Below are positions 36,279 to 46,843 of a stretch of DNA of 64,000 nt, one piece after another. Source of the DNA: Bdellovibrio sp. GTDB lineage: Bacteria; Bdellovibrionota; Bdellovibrionia; Bdellovibrionales; Bdellovibrionaceae. How positions within the stretch are numbered: position 1 is the first letter of the stretch; each line of letters begins with the position of its first letter. The notes beneath the pieces are model-generated. The model saw only the letters and a list, made by a program, of their open reading frames with translations, searched no databases and was not told where the DNA came from. Location: NCBI GenBank assembly GCA_036677065.1, contig JAKFBS010000004.1, forward strand, positions 32,001 to 96,000, read 5' to 3'. A program made the translations under genes and the position numbers.

Positions 36279-38972
36279 ATGGCTAAAAAAGCTGCAGCAT
36301 CGGGTGATTCAAGTTCCGGGATTAAGTTAGTTATCGTTGAATCACCGACGAAGGCCAAAACAATTCGTAAATTTTTAGGCAAAGATTATATCGTTGAATC
36401 TTGCATGGGCCACATTCGCGATCTGCCACAATCTTCAAAAGATATTCCTGAAAAAGTTAAAAAAGAAAAATGGGCACAGTTGGGTGTGAACGTCGATAAA
36501 AATTTCGAGCCGTTGTACTGCATTCCCAAAGATAAAATTAAAGTTATAAAAAATTTAAAAGATAAACTTGAAGATGCAGACATGCTGTATCTAGCAACCG
36601 ATGAAGACCGCGAAGGTGAATCAATCAGCTGGCATTTACAAGAAGTTTTAAAACCACGTGTGCCGACAAAACGCATGGTGTTTCATGAGATCACGAAAGA
36701 AGCGATTAATAAGTCGTTAAATGAAACTAGAGAGATTGATTATAACTTAGTGCGTGCACAAGAAGCTCGCCGTATTTTAGATCGTTTGGTGGGTTATACA
36801 ATTTCTCCGTTACTATGGAAAAAAGTGGCTTACGGATTATCTGCAGGCCGCGTGCAATCAGTAGCTGTAAAACTTATCGTCGATCGTGAAAAAGAACGCA
36901 TCCGTTTTAAAAAATCAAATTACTATGGGTTAACAGCGTATTTAGATAAAGCTGGCGAAGGTTTTGAAGCAAAACTTTTAACTGTTGATCAAAAGCGTGT
37001 AGCGACTGGTAAAGATTTCGATGGTTTAACAGGACAGTTAAATGCAGGAAAAGATGTATTAGTTCTTGATGCAAAAGCATCACAAGCTTTAGCTTCAAAA
37101 GTACAGGCTGCTGCATGGAAAGTAACTGAAGTTGAAGAAAAACCAGTTCATCGTAAGCCATATGCTCCGTTCATCACTTCGACTCTGCAACAAGAGGCCA
37201 ATCGTAAACTTGGAATGAGTTCGCGTGAAGCAATGCAAGTGGCGCAAAAACTTTACGAGCAGGGTTTCATTACTTATATGCGTACAGATTCTACGTCATT
37301 ATCACAAGAGGCTATCAAGGCCGCTCGTGAAGCGATCGTTGATAAATACGGTAAAGATTATTTGCCGGCAGAACCGCGTATTTATAGCGGTAAAAAAGTA
37401 AAGGGTGCGCAAGAGGCCCATGAGTGTATTCGTCCGGCGGGAACACAATTTCAAGATCCAGATGCAACTGGATTAATCGGCCCACAATTAAAACTTTATG
37501 ATTTAATCTGGAAGCGCACGATGGCTTCACAAATGACTGACTCGCGCCAAAAACAAGTGTCAGCAAAACTATCTGCAGAGAACACGATCTTTAATGCCAC
37601 AGGCACGACGATTGAGTTTCCGGGATTTTTACGTGCTTACGTAGAAGGTTCGGATGATCCAGAAGCAGATTTAGAATCTCGCGAAGTGCGCTTACCACAA
37701 TTAAAACAAAATGATTCTGTTAAGGCGCAAAAAATGGAACCCACGGCGCATGAAACAAAGCCACCAGCGCGTTTTACAGAGGCCTCACTAGTGCAAACGA
37801 TGGAAAAAGAAGGCATTGGCCGTCCATCTACTTACGCAAGCGTTATCGGTACAATCGTAGATCGTGGTTACGTAAAAAAAGTGGGCAATGCATTGATTCC
37901 AACTTTCACAGCAATGGTTGTTTCAAAACTTTTAACAAACCATTTAACTCAGTATGTGGATTTGGGATTTACTTCAGCGATGGAGTTATCACTGGATAAT
38001 ATCGCCGAAGGTGATTTAAACTGGGAAAAATATTTGAATAGTGTTTATCACGGTGATGCAGGACTTCGTGCTTTAGTTGCTAGAGAAGAAGGAAACATTG
38101 ATCCAGAAACTGCACGTACAATTAAACTTGATGGTTTAGAAAAGTACGAGTTTCATGTTGGTAAATATGGCGCTTACGTAAAAACAAAAAGAGGCGAAGA
38201 ATCTTTCAGTGCTTCGATTCCAGATGCCGAAGCTCCTGCTGATGTGACTTCAGAATCTATCGAAAAATTAATTGAACAAAAATTAAAAGGTGCAGACTCA
38301 TTAGGTGTTGATCCAAAAACCGGTAAAAAGATTTATGTACTTAACGGTCGTTACGGTGCGTATGTGCAATTAGGTGAGAACGATGATGAAGAAATCAAAC
38401 GTTCAACATTGCCTCCGGGTATGGATCCGATTGCTGTAACTTATGAAATGGCTTTAGAAATTTTAGCATTACCAAAATCATTAGGAATAAATCCTGGTAA
38501 CGGTAAAGACATCAAAGCTGGCGTTGGACGTTTTGGACCATACGTAGTCTGTGATGGCGATTACCGTTCGATTCCAAAAACAGAATCGGTTTTTACGATG
38601 AATTTAGAAAAGGCGTTAGCCTTATTTGCGATTCCGAAAAAGGGCCGTGGTAAAGCTGCTGCTCTTAAAGAATTTGGTAAACATCCAAACTTTGATGTTG
38701 AAGTGAGTTTATTTAACGGACCTTATGGCCCGTACTTAAAAGCCGGTAAAACAAATGTTGGCTTACCCGAAGATGTGACCGCTGATAACATCACTAAAGA
38801 GAAGGCTTTCGAGCTAATGAATGAGAAATTAGCTGAAGCTAGCCCTGCTAAAGGTAAAAAGGCGAAGGGCTCTAAAAAATCAGCTAAAACTGTTAAAAAA
38901 GCACCCGCTTCTACCGAAAAAGCAGAAGCTCCAGTGGCAAAGAAGAAAGTGATTACTAAAAAGAAGAAATAG
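36279..38972 (+). CDS. topA: DNA topoisomerase I
   Basis: IVESPTKAK, ATDEDREGE, SAGRVQS, ITYMRTDS, GIGRPSTY; C-terminal GRYG/GRFGPY repeats and Lys-rich tail. Confidence 0.98.
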   Translation: MAKKAAASGDSSSGIKLVIVESPTKAKTIRKFLGKDYIVESCMGHIRDLPQSSKDIPEKVKKEKWAQLGVNVDKNFEPLYCIPKDKIKVIKNLKDKLEDADMLYLATDEDREGESISWHLQEVLKPRVPTKRMVFHEITKEAINKSLNETREIDYNLVRAQEARRILDRLVGYTISPLLWKKVAYGLSAGRVQSVAVKLIVDREKERIRFKKSNYYGLTAYLDKAGEGFEAKLLTVDQKRVATGKDFDGLTGQLNAGKDVLVLDAKASQALASKVQAAAWKVTEVEEKPVHRKPYAPFITSTLQQEANRKLGMSSREAMQVAQKLYEQGFITYMRTDSTSLSQEAIKAAREAIVDKYGKDYLPAEPRIYSGKKVKGAQEAHECIRPAGTQFQDPDATGLIGPQLKLYDLIWKRTMASQMTDSRQKQVSAKLSAENTIFNATGTTIEFPGFLRAYVEGSDDPEADLESREVRLPQLKQNDSVKAQKMEPTAHETKPPARFTEASLVQTMEKEGIGRPSTYASVIGTIVDRGYVKKVGNALIPTFTAMVVSKLLTNHLTQYVDLGFTSAMELSLDNIAEGDLNWEKYLNSVYHGDAGLRALVAREEGNIDPETARTIKLDGLEKYEFHVGKYGAYVKTKRGEESFSASIPDAEAPADVTSESIEKLIEQKLKGADSLGVDPKTGKKIYVLNGRYGAYVQLGENDDEEIKRSTLPPGMDPIAVTYEMALEILALPKSLGINPGNGKDIKAGVGRFGPYVVCDGDYRSIPKTESVFTMNLEKALALFAIPKKGRGKAAALKEFGKHPNFDVEVSLFNGPYGPYLKAGKTNVGLPEDVTADNITKEKAFELMNEKLAEASPAKGKKAKGSKKSAKTVKKAPASTEKAEAPVAKKKVITKKKK

Positions 38973-38974
38973 AT

Positions 38975-39877
38975 ATGTCAGACGAAAATAAAAAAGGCCA
39001 GCTCGAGCTGGGACAAACTAGATCAAAAGAGCCCGATAGAAATCTTCATCGCGGCGGTCGAAGTTTTTATTTTTTCGACTTCGATGACAACATTGCTTTT
39101 TTAACGACTCCCTTAATTTTATTTCATAAAGAAACCAAAGAAGAATTACATTTATCCAGCGCTGAATGGGCTGTACAACATTCAAGTATTGGCAAATCAG
39201 GCCCTTACGAACATTACAATATCGATTGGGATGATGCTAACGGTACATTCAGATGTTTTCGTGACGTAAACATCGAGGAGATAGAGCGTCAGCAAGGAAA
39301 AAAACAAACTTTCGTGCAAGATGTGATGTTGGCGCTTGGCCATCCAGACGGACAGTGGAAAGGTCCTTCGTGGGATTGTTTTTATCATGCAGTATTTAAT
39401 CAACGTCCGATTTCGGTGATCACAGCGCGCGGCCATTCATCTGCGACTTTGCGTGCTGGTATTTATGAATTCGTAAAAAATGGCCATTTACCTTTAGAGC
39501 CAAACTATTTAAGTCTATTTGCCTGCAGTAATAAACAAGTTCGCCATGGTTTTGGTGATACTGAATACAAAATGTCGACGGCAGAGTTAAAACAAAAGGC
39601 CATTCGTGCCTCGGTTGAGCGTGCGATTGAAGTTTACGGTTACAGCCCACATCACCGTTTTGGCATGAGTGATGATGATCCACGGAATATCCAATTGATC
39701 GTTGAAGAGATGACTCGACTAAAGTCGCAGTACCCAGAGATGTCATTTTTCATGATCGAGACTCATGGTGGGGATTTCGTGAAGCACGAGATTTCGCAGC
39801 ACGGCTTATTAACGCCGCTTGTAAATGATGGTCTAGAGCAACTGGATTTATTTGATCAGCTTTCTAAACGAAAATAG
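38975..39877 (+). CDS. Hypothetical protein with HAD-like motifs
   Basis: FDFDDN, ITARG, K, GMSDDD; starts 2 nt after topA. Confidence 0.6.
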   Translation: MSDENKKGQLELGQTRSKEPDRNLHRGGRSFYFFDFDDNIAFLTTPLILFHKETKEELHLSSAEWAVQHSSIGKSGPYEHYNIDWDDANGTFRCFRDVNIEEIERQQGKKQTFVQDVMLALGHPDGQWKGPSWDCFYHAVFNQRPISVITARGHSSATLRAGIYEFVKNGHLPLEPNYLSLFACSNKQVRHGFGDTEYKMSTAELKQKAIRASVERAIEVYGYSPHHRFGMSDDDPRNIQLIVEEMTRLKSQYPEMSFFMIETHGGDFVKHEISQHGLLTPLVNDGLEQLDLFDQLSKRK

Positions 39878-40066
39878 TTTTATTTAAACAAACTGATTCG
39901 GATTAAGACATTTTTTGACTCTTACTTGCTATCACTTAACATAATACTTGTTTGCAGGTTAAGACGAAGGGCATAACTGCCAATATTGTCTGCACTCTTA
40001 TCAAGAGTAGGTCTATAATAACCGTTAGTATATTGTAGTACTAAACAGTTAAGGAAGCACTTACCT

Positions 40067-42094
40067 ATGAAATCACAAAAGTATTTATTGGCAGCCGCAG
40101 CAGCAGTTCTGGCATTGTCTTATGCACAACCAGAAGCGCATGCGCAGATCTTTGATTTTAATAAAACATTAGATTGTAACTGGGTAGACCCCATTCAATC
40201 AGCGTATTTAGCGAATCACTTAACTTATAAAAGCGAAGATGCAGAATTGCAAAAGCGTGTAGTTGAGCAATACATCAAACGCCAAGATCCGGCAAAAATT
40301 TACCTAGTTCAAAGCGATGTTGATCAAATCAAATCCACTTTGAAAAATCTTTTTGAATCTTTAAAAAAGAAAGATTGTAAATTTATCGCTTCGATTCAAG
40401 ACACCGTATTAAAACGCGCTGGTGAAAGAGTTGAATTCGTTAAGTCTTACTTAGGAAAAGATTTTAAATTTAATAAAGACACTGAGTTTGTTTATGATCC
40501 AGATAAAAAGGATTACCCAAAAACTCAAAAAGAAGCTGAAGAATTTTTAGCTAAATATGTACAGTTTCAAGTAGCTAACTACTTAGCAACTGACATCAAA
40601 CTTGATGAAGCTAAAACGCGCGTAATTAAAAACTACGAAAGAAATTTAAAACGTCTTAAAGATATCAAATACGATGATTTAGTAGCTAATTACTTAAATT
40701 CATTCGCCTTAGCTTTAGATCCGCATTCATCTTTTTTTAGCAAAGATTACTACGAAGATTTTAATATCGACATGAAATTAAAATTAGAAGGTATCGGCGC
40801 GACACTTTCTCAAGATGATGGTTTTACAACTATTGAAGCTTTAGTCACTGGTGGAGCTGCGGCGAAATCGGGCCAATTAGAGCCAAAAGATAAAATTGTG
40901 GCAGTTAGTAAAGGCAACAAAATGGAAAACGTTGTCGACATGGAATTAAAAGATGTCGTGAAACTTATCCGTGGTCCAAAAGGCACGAAAGTAAAATTAT
41001 CTATTTTACGTAAAGAAGCTTCAGGTAACAAAAAATTCGAAGTTGAATTAACTCGTGAAGTTATCGCTTTAGAAGACAACGCGATCACAATTTATTACCA
41101 AGATAAAGTGATCAATGGTGAAACTAAAAAAATCGGTATTATTAACTTTCCATCTTTCTATGCTGATTCTGGTAAAGGCGGAAAAACATCTTCTGCTGAT
41201 ATGAGAAAAGTTTTAGCTGATGCTAAAGCTAAAAAAGCAGATGGTATCGTGATCGATCTTTCGAACAATGGTGGTGGATCATTGGATGACGCTGTCAAAA
41301 TCGGTGGTATGTTTATTAAAACCGGTAACATCGTAAAACAATCTTCACGTCGTGGCGCTGAAACTCCACTAGCTGACACCGATGAAAAAGTTGACTGGGA
41401 CGGACCAGTGGTTGTGTTAACCTCACGTGTATCGGCTTCAGCTTCTGAAATTTTATCAGGTGCTTTAAAAGATTATAATCGCGCAGTCATTGTTGGTGGT
41501 GATCACACTTACGGAAAAGGCTCAATCCAAACAGTTCTTCCGATTCCGGGTGAACTTGGAGCTTTAAAAGTAACTATCGGTATGTTCTTTATTCCGGGTG
41601 GATATTCAACACAACATAAAGGTGTTGATGCAGATATCGTATTCCCGTCTCCGTATCATGTAGATGATATCGGTGAAAAATCGATGGATTACTCATTACC
41701 TCCGAAAAAGATCGACCAATTCGTTTCTAAAGAAGCGACTGTTGGTAAAGGCGAAGGTCAATGGAATACGATTAAGCCTGAATGGATTAAGGCTTTAAAA
41801 CAACGTGCAGATGAGCGTATTGCTAAAAACGAAGAGTTCAAAAAGATCTCTGAAGAGTTAGAAAAAACGAAGAAGCTTGGTAAAACAATTAAAGTGGCTG
41901 AAATCGTAAAAGAAAAAGACAAAACTGAAAAAGAAAAAGCCAAAGCTAAAAAAGCTAACAAGTACGCTGCTAAAGCTGAAAAAGAAAAAGAATTCTTAAA
42001 ACGCCCAGAAGTTCAGGAAGCGGCAAATATCTTAGGAGACTTAATTATCCTTGAAGAAGGCAAAGTTAAGGACTTAACGAAATTAGGTTCATAA
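40067..42094 (+). CDS. prc: Tail-specific (carboxy-terminal processing) protease, S41
   Basis: DPHSS, LEGIGA plus PDZ, DLSNNGGGSL, SASASEI, TYGKGSIQ. Confidence 0.93.
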   Translation: MKSQKYLLAAAAAVLALSYAQPEAHAQIFDFNKTLDCNWVDPIQSAYLANHLTYKSEDAELQKRVVEQYIKRQDPAKIYLVQSDVDQIKSTLKNLFESLKKKDCKFIASIQDTVLKRAGERVEFVKSYLGKDFKFNKDTEFVYDPDKKDYPKTQKEAEEFLAKYVQFQVANYLATDIKLDEAKTRVIKNYERNLKRLKDIKYDDLVANYLNSFALALDPHSSFFSKDYYEDFNIDMKLKLEGIGATLSQDDGFTTIEALVTGGAAAKSGQLEPKDKIVAVSKGNKMENVVDMELKDVVKLIRGPKGTKVKLSILRKEASGNKKFEVELTREVIALEDNAITIYYQDKVINGETKKIGIINFPSFYADSGKGGKTSSADMRKVLADAKAKKADGIVIDLSNNGGGSLDDAVKIGGMFIKTGNIVKQSSRRGAETPLADTDEKVDWDGPVVVLTSRVSASASEILSGALKDYNRAVIVGGDHTYGKGSIQTVLPIPGELGALKVTIGMFFIPGGYSTQHKGVDADIVFPSPYHVDDIGEKSMDYSLPPKKIDQFVSKEATVGKGEGQWNTIKPEWIKALKQRADERIAKNEEFKKISEELEKTKKLGKTIKVAEIVKEKDKTEKEKAKAKKANKYAAKAEKEKEFLKRPEVQEAANILGDLIILEEGKVKDLTKLGS

Positions 42095-42121
42095 TTTAAA
42101 ACTGAAAATTTTACATTTTTT

Positions 42122-42153
42122 AAAGGGAGAGTCGAAAAACTCTCCCTTTTTTT
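42122..42153 (+). terminator. Intrinsic terminator
   Basis: AAAGGGAGAGT-CGAAAA-ACTCTCCCTTT plus T-run. Confidence 0.88.
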
Positions 42154-42259
42154 ATTCTAGGGGCTTAATGCGTCAGTTGGCGAATTAGTGATTTATCTTT
42201 AAAAAAAACAGTGTATACCCTGAGGGGCTCTATTTAGGCTGCTTGCAAGAGGGGTATTC

Positions 42260-43189
42260 ATGCAAAACCGTACTTTGAATTTGTTTATTACAATATGTTC
42301 GTTATTCGTCGCTTCAACGAGCTTAGCTTTTGATTTAACTCAAAACTTTCGTGGTTTTGTTTCGATCAATACAAAAGACCTTTATGTGGATTACAAAGCC
42401 CCCCAGGGTGACAAAGAAACTGTCATTTTATTAAATGGCCTTACTTATACAACTGTTCAATGGGATCAGTTAACCGCTGAACTTTCTAAAAAGGGTTTAG
42501 GCGTATTACGTTATGACATGGACGGCATGGGTAAAACTCTTTTACGTCACGGCGTAAAATTCGAACCTTATGCTTACACCGACCAGGTTGAAGATCTTTA
42601 TTTATTACTTAAAAAAATTGAACTACCAGCTCCATATAATATTGCCGGTTTATCTTATGGTGGTGGTATTGCCGCGGCATTTTCATATAGATATGCAAGC
42701 ACTGTTAAAAACGCGATCCTAATGGCGCCTTATACTGAAGCTTTAGAGCAGCAAGATAACTATATTAAATTTCAAGTGGCAGTTGCTCGCTTGTATTTTC
42801 CGTTTAACCCAGCAACAAACGATCAGATTTACGATTATTACTTACGTCAAATCTGTTATACAACTTACCCACTGGTTGAGCCGATCGTTTTAGAAAATCC
42901 TTTAAAATTAGAAGCTGTTTTCAGAATGACTCAGGGTATTCGCAAGTTTAGAGCAGTCGAAGAAGCTGATCGATTCCCTGCAAAAACTGTTCATTTAGTT
43001 ATAGCCGAAAATGACGAATATATTCCTCGTGAAGTGCTAACTAAGTTTTGGGATAAAGTGCCTGAGGCAGCAAAAGCCAGTTTCACGATTTTAAAAGATT
43101 CAAAACATAAAATTCCAGAAAGCAAACCGGTTGATGCTTCAAATATTATCGAAGCAATCATTAACGGTGAATATCAAGGCACACACTAA
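42260..43189 (+). CDS. Secreted alpha/beta hydrolase
   Basis: Signal peptide; GLSYGG nucleophile elbow; C-terminal D and H. Confidence 0.88.
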   Translation: MQNRTLNLFITICSLFVASTSLAFDLTQNFRGFVSINTKDLYVDYKAPQGDKETVILLNGLTYTTVQWDQLTAELSKKGLGVLRYDMDGMGKTLLRHGVKFEPYAYTDQVEDLYLLLKKIELPAPYNIAGLSYGGGIAAAFSYRYASTVKNAILMAPYTEALEQQDNYIKFQVAVARLYFPFNPATNDQIYDYYLRQICYTTYPLVEPIVLENPLKLEAVFRMTQGIRKFRAVEEADRFPAKTVHLVIAENDEYIPREVLTKFWDKVPEAAKASFTILKDSKHKIPESKPVDASNIIEAIINGEYQGTH

Positions 43190-43203
43190 CGCAAGGAAAT
43201 CTG

Positions 43204-44013
43204 ATGGCGCAATTTACGACATCGCAGAATTATAAAATCAATTACGAAACTTTTGAAAATTTAGTTCCTCAGACCACATTTTTTATTCATGGAAATCTAG
43301 CCTCTAACCGTTGGTGGATGCCGACGGTTGAAACTTTAAAAAAACAAAATAATCCAGCACACCAAGGCCAGTTGATTAGTGCTGAATTCAGAGGCTGTGG
43401 CCACAGTGAAGCTCCTAAAAAAGATTCTGATGTTACAATAGAAGCCTTTGCTTCTGATTTTATTGATCTTATTCGTTCGCTAACGCTTTCTGGTCCTATT
43501 CACCTGGTAGGTCATTCGACCGGTGGTCTAATTGCGGCCATGATGCTGGCAAAAGCGCCAGAGCTTTTTAGCAAAGCTTTTTTGCTGGATCCAGTAGGTG
43601 CAGAAGGCGTTAAATTTAATACGGATATGATTCAAGCTTTTGAAGCGATGAAGGTTGATAAAAATCTAACGGCAGTGGTTATTGGTTCAACGATTTATAA
43701 CAATGACCCTACGTCACCATTCTTTAATGAAATCATCGTTGAAGATGCCTTTACAGGCGTTAAAGCCGTAGGCCACTTAGTGCTTCAAGCTTTAGACGGA
43801 TTAGATGTTCGTGAATCTTTAAAGAACATTCAACATCCTGTTAGAGTGGTTCACGGTGAATTCGATAACTTATTATCTAAAGAAGAATCTGAAAAACTAG
43901 CTCAGCTTTTGCCAAAGGGTGAATTTCAGGTTTTACCGGGCTGTGGACACTGCGCTAACATTGAAAATCCGAGCCTGTTTGTTAATACATTCTCGAATTT
44001 TCTGTATTCTTAG
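43204..44013 (+). CDS. Alpha/beta hydrolase
   Basis: HGN, RGCGHS, GHSTGG, GEFD, CGH. Confidence 0.9.
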   Translation: MAQFTTSQNYKINYETFENLVPQTTFFIHGNLASNRWWMPTVETLKKQNNPAHQGQLISAEFRGCGHSEAPKKDSDVTIEAFASDFIDLIRSLTLSGPIHLVGHSTGGLIAAMMLAKAPELFSKAFLLDPVGAEGVKFNTDMIQAFEAMKVDKNLTAVVIGSTIYNNDPTSPFFNEIIVEDAFTGVKAVGHLVLQALDGLDVRESLKNIQHPVRVVHGEFDNLLSKEESEKLAQLLPKGEFQVLPGCGHCANIENPSLFVNTFSNFLYS

Positions 44014-44960
44014 TAACTTTCAGAAATAGATTTTAATATTTGTAAGTACGCCTCTGGCGCATCTGAGGGGATGGTGTGTCCGGCATTTGGTAATGTAACT
44101 GAAGAGTTTTTTCTTTCCGTAGATTTGTGGTAAATACCAACTGCTTCTTGTTGTAGGCTTAATCGATTTTCTAATTCATCCTGGCCTAAGATAAAAAATC
44201 TGACTGTATTTTCATTGAACTTTTGTTTTCGAAAATCAAAGCCATGGGCTGCATATGATAACTCTGTGTAAGCTGAAGCCAACAACGACTTTACAGGTGC
44301 AGTTTCAGGATACGATTCTACAATCGAATCCAGTTTGGAATTCCAGTATTGGGTATAAGTGCTTTTGATAAAGTACGATGAGAAAAACGGGCCCAAAAAC
44401 GGATTCAAATTAAAGAATGATGTCCAGTATTCAGTTACAGCGCTACCTTCAGGATCTGACTCATCAAAACGAATCATAGGTGCTGTTTCGATAATTAACG
44501 GGTACTTGCCTGTTTTAGCCAGTTCAGAGCTAACAGTAGAGCTGTATGAAAGACTTACGATAATTGGTTTATAAATATTCAACCCAGTAATTAACGCATC
44601 AACCTCACCCGCTAAAGTTGCAGACGAAGAAGACTGAATTTTATAAGCAGGTGTTTCGTTAGCAGGAATTTTTAATAAAGATTCAGGGTGTAAACTGAAG
44701 TGTAAAGACACAAAGTTAAGTTTCATTTTACGTGCTAAACGAATCACTTCGTCTCTAGAATCAAGACCGCGGTTGATTCCTGGAAGTAAAATCAATGTGG
44801 CCTTTTCTTGATTAACGATATGGCTTTCATAAGCTACATACTGGCCATTTTTAACTTTAAAAGATTTAAGTTTTACGGCTTCAATGTCAGCATGAACAAG
44901 AACTGAGGCAAAAGTAAAAACAGACAAAATTAGGCTAGAAATAAATGATTTGGTTTGCAT
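44010..44960 (-). CDS. Secreted alpha/beta hydrolase-like protein
   Basis: Signal peptide; LLPGIN, SLSYSS, AGH; likely start 44960. Confidence 0.75.
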   Translation of the reverse strand: MQTKSFISSLILSVFTFASVLVHADIEAVKLKSFKVKNGQYVAYESHIVNQEKATLILLPGINRGLDSRDEVIRLARKMKLNFVSLHFSLHPESLLKIPANETPAYKIQSSSSATLAGEVDALITGLNIYKPIIVSLSYSSTVSSELAKTGKYPLIIETAPMIRFDESDPEGSAVTEYWTSFFNLNPFLGPFFSSYFIKSTYTQYWNSKLDSIVESYPETAPVKSLLASAYTELSYAAHGFDFRKQKFNENTVRFFILGQDELENRLSLQQEAVGIYHKSTERKNSSVTLPNAGHTIPSDAPEAYLQILKSISESY

Positions 44961-45096
44961 GTCGGGACCATAACACATTTTTACTTTAACACCAGCGGGC
45001 TTATAAAAAATACTATCTTTGGCGTATTAACAGAGCTGAGGGTGTAAAAATAAAAAAGGGGTGTAATAACTCTCCATTTTTTTATAGGATTTAGTG

Positions 45097-45645
45097 ATGT
45101 ATCGAATTCATATTTTAGGCGCATCTGGTTCTGGGGTATCTACATTAGGAGAGAGTGTTGGGCATCGACTTGGTGTTCCGGTATTTGATTGTGATACGTA
45201 TTATTGGGAAAAGACTGATCCGCCATTCTTGAAAGCGACACCTATTCCAGGTCGACAAAAAGCTCTGTTTACTGACATGGAACCACATGTTTCGTGGGTT
45301 TGTTCAGGTTCTATGGACTCGTGGAGTGAACCGTTTGAGAGTCTATTTACGCACATAGTATTTTTGTATGTTCCCGGTGAAATTCGAGTAAGTCGGCTTC
45401 GTGAACGTGAAAAAAAACTTTGGGGTGATCGAATACTTGGGGGCGGAGACATGTGTATTGAACACGAAAAATTTATGTCTTGGGCTGGGCAGTATGATGA
45501 AGGTTTGAAAAATGGACGAAGTTTTCCGAGGCATAAAGCTTGGCTTGCGAAACAGCGTGCACCGATCCTTCTCATTGAGGGAGAATTAAGTTTAGAAGTG
45601 GCTCTTAATCGAGTTCTAGATTTTGTCTCTCAAGCCGGAAGTTGA
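45097..45645 (+). CDS. P-loop NMP-kinase-like (adenylate kinase/FlaR-related) protein
   Basis: RIHILGASGSGVST, DxDxYYW, RLRERE. Walker A Lys is replaced by Val. Confidence 0.8.
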   Translation: MYRIHILGASGSGVSTLGESVGHRLGVPVFDCDTYYWEKTDPPFLKATPIPGRQKALFTDMEPHVSWVCSGSMDSWSEPFESLFTHIVFLYVPGEIRVSRLREREKKLWGDRILGGGDMCIEHEKFMSWAGQYDEGLKNGRSFPRHKAWLAKQRAPILLIEGELSLEVALNRVLDFVSQAGS

Positions 45646-45673
45646 CCATCGTCAGTGTGCAGCGAGAAAATGA

Positions 45674-46091
45674 CTAATCATGAGCAAGTACTTTCATTTT
45701 TTTGTAGATGTCGTTGTCTTTGATTTCTAACCAGTTTTCTGGATTTTTAGTTACTTCGAAGCCGAACTTTTTATAAAGTTCGTGAGCATCTTTTGTGGCT
45801 AGGCAAATACGTCGCATGTTTTTTAAAGCAGGATGGGTCATCAAACAGCTCATCAGCCATTTTGACAGACCAATTCCGCGCATATCTTTTTCGATATACA
45901 CATCACAAATCCAAGCAAAGCCTGTGTAGTCAGTGACGATTCTGAGCTTTACTGACGAGATCTTCAGGGATATCTGCACACCAGTAAGATTCTTTAGAGA
46001 GGAAATTATGGATTTTAGAAATTTGTAAAAATGATTTATCCGTACTGATTAGGAAATTGTCTTTTTCCCAAATTTGAATTTCTGTTTTCAT
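45674..46091 (-). pseudogene. GNAT acetyltransferase with internal deletion and frameshift
   Basis: Frame from 46091 reads MKTE..FLISTDKS..IHNFLSKESYWCADIPEDLVSKA then stops at about 45930; a second frame continues RIVTDYTGFAWICDVYI...RGIGLSKWLM. Confidence 0.85.
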
Positions 46092-46183
46092 GTTTTGAGT
46101 CTACAATAATAAACAAATAGTTTTTATCTGTTCCTTTTATGATTTGCTGTGACAAGAATTATTTCTATGTCATACTTCAGCCT

Positions 46184-46765
46184 ATGAAAAAAAAGATTCT
46201 GATTCTACAAGGCCATCCAGACAAACAAAGTTTTAACCACGCTCTACATACCGCTTATAAACAGGGGGCATTGAAGGCAGGTGCTCAGGTTGAAGAGATT
46301 TTTGTTGGAGATTTAGATTTTAAATTAAACTTACAATATGGTTATCGCCAGCGCACTGAACTTGAACCCTGTCTGATAGAAGCTCAGAAAAAAATTACCT
46401 GGGCTGATCATATCGTCGTAATTTATCCAGTATGGTGGGGAGCTGTTCCTGCAGTTTTAAAAGGTTTTTTTGATCGCGTGATGCTGCCTGGTTTTGCTTT
46501 TCAGAAAAGAGAGAACTCTGTGTGGTGGGACAAACTATTAACGGGAAAAACGGGTCGCATTATTTCAACAATGGACCAGCCGCCTTGGTATTACTTTTTA
46601 GTTTATGGTTCGCCGACGGATCGTGCCGTGAAAAAACTTACTTTAGAATTTTGTGGTGTAAAGCCTGTGAAGATAACTTCGATTGGACCAGTTCGTCTTT
46701 CAAAAGAAGAGTTTCGAAAAAACTGGCTGAAGAAAGTTGAAGCGATAGGATTAGCGCAAAAATAA
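46184..46765 (+). CDS. Flavodoxin-like NAD(P)H:quinone oxidoreductase
   Basis: ILQGHPD..SFN, YPVWWGAVPAVLKGFFDRV. Confidence 0.92.
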   Translation: MKKKILILQGHPDKQSFNHALHTAYKQGALKAGAQVEEIFVGDLDFKLNLQYGYRQRTELEPCLIEAQKKITWADHIVVIYPVWWGAVPAVLKGFFDRVMLPGFAFQKRENSVWWDKLLTGKTGRIISTMDQPPWYYFLVYGSPTDRAVKKLTLEFCGVKPVKITSIGPVRLSKEEFRKNWLKKVEAIGLAQK

Positions 46766-46773
46766 TTTGGATG

Positions 46774-46805
46774 AAAAAAAGGAGAGTGAAAACTCTCCTT
46801 TTTTT
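46774..46805. terminator. Bidirectional intrinsic terminator
   Basis: A7-GGAGAGT-GAAA-ACTCTCC-T7. Confidence 0.9.
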
Positions 46806-46843
46806 ATGACTAGCTGTGACCAGAAACAGGGCCTGGCACCCGA

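Noticed and set aside
38100..38972. TopA lacking Zn ribbons, with repeats and Lys tail
   Set aside because: Known Topo_C-repeat type of TopA C-terminus.
45201..45575. 124-aa minus-strand ORF
   Set aside because: Entirely antisense to the kinase-like gene.
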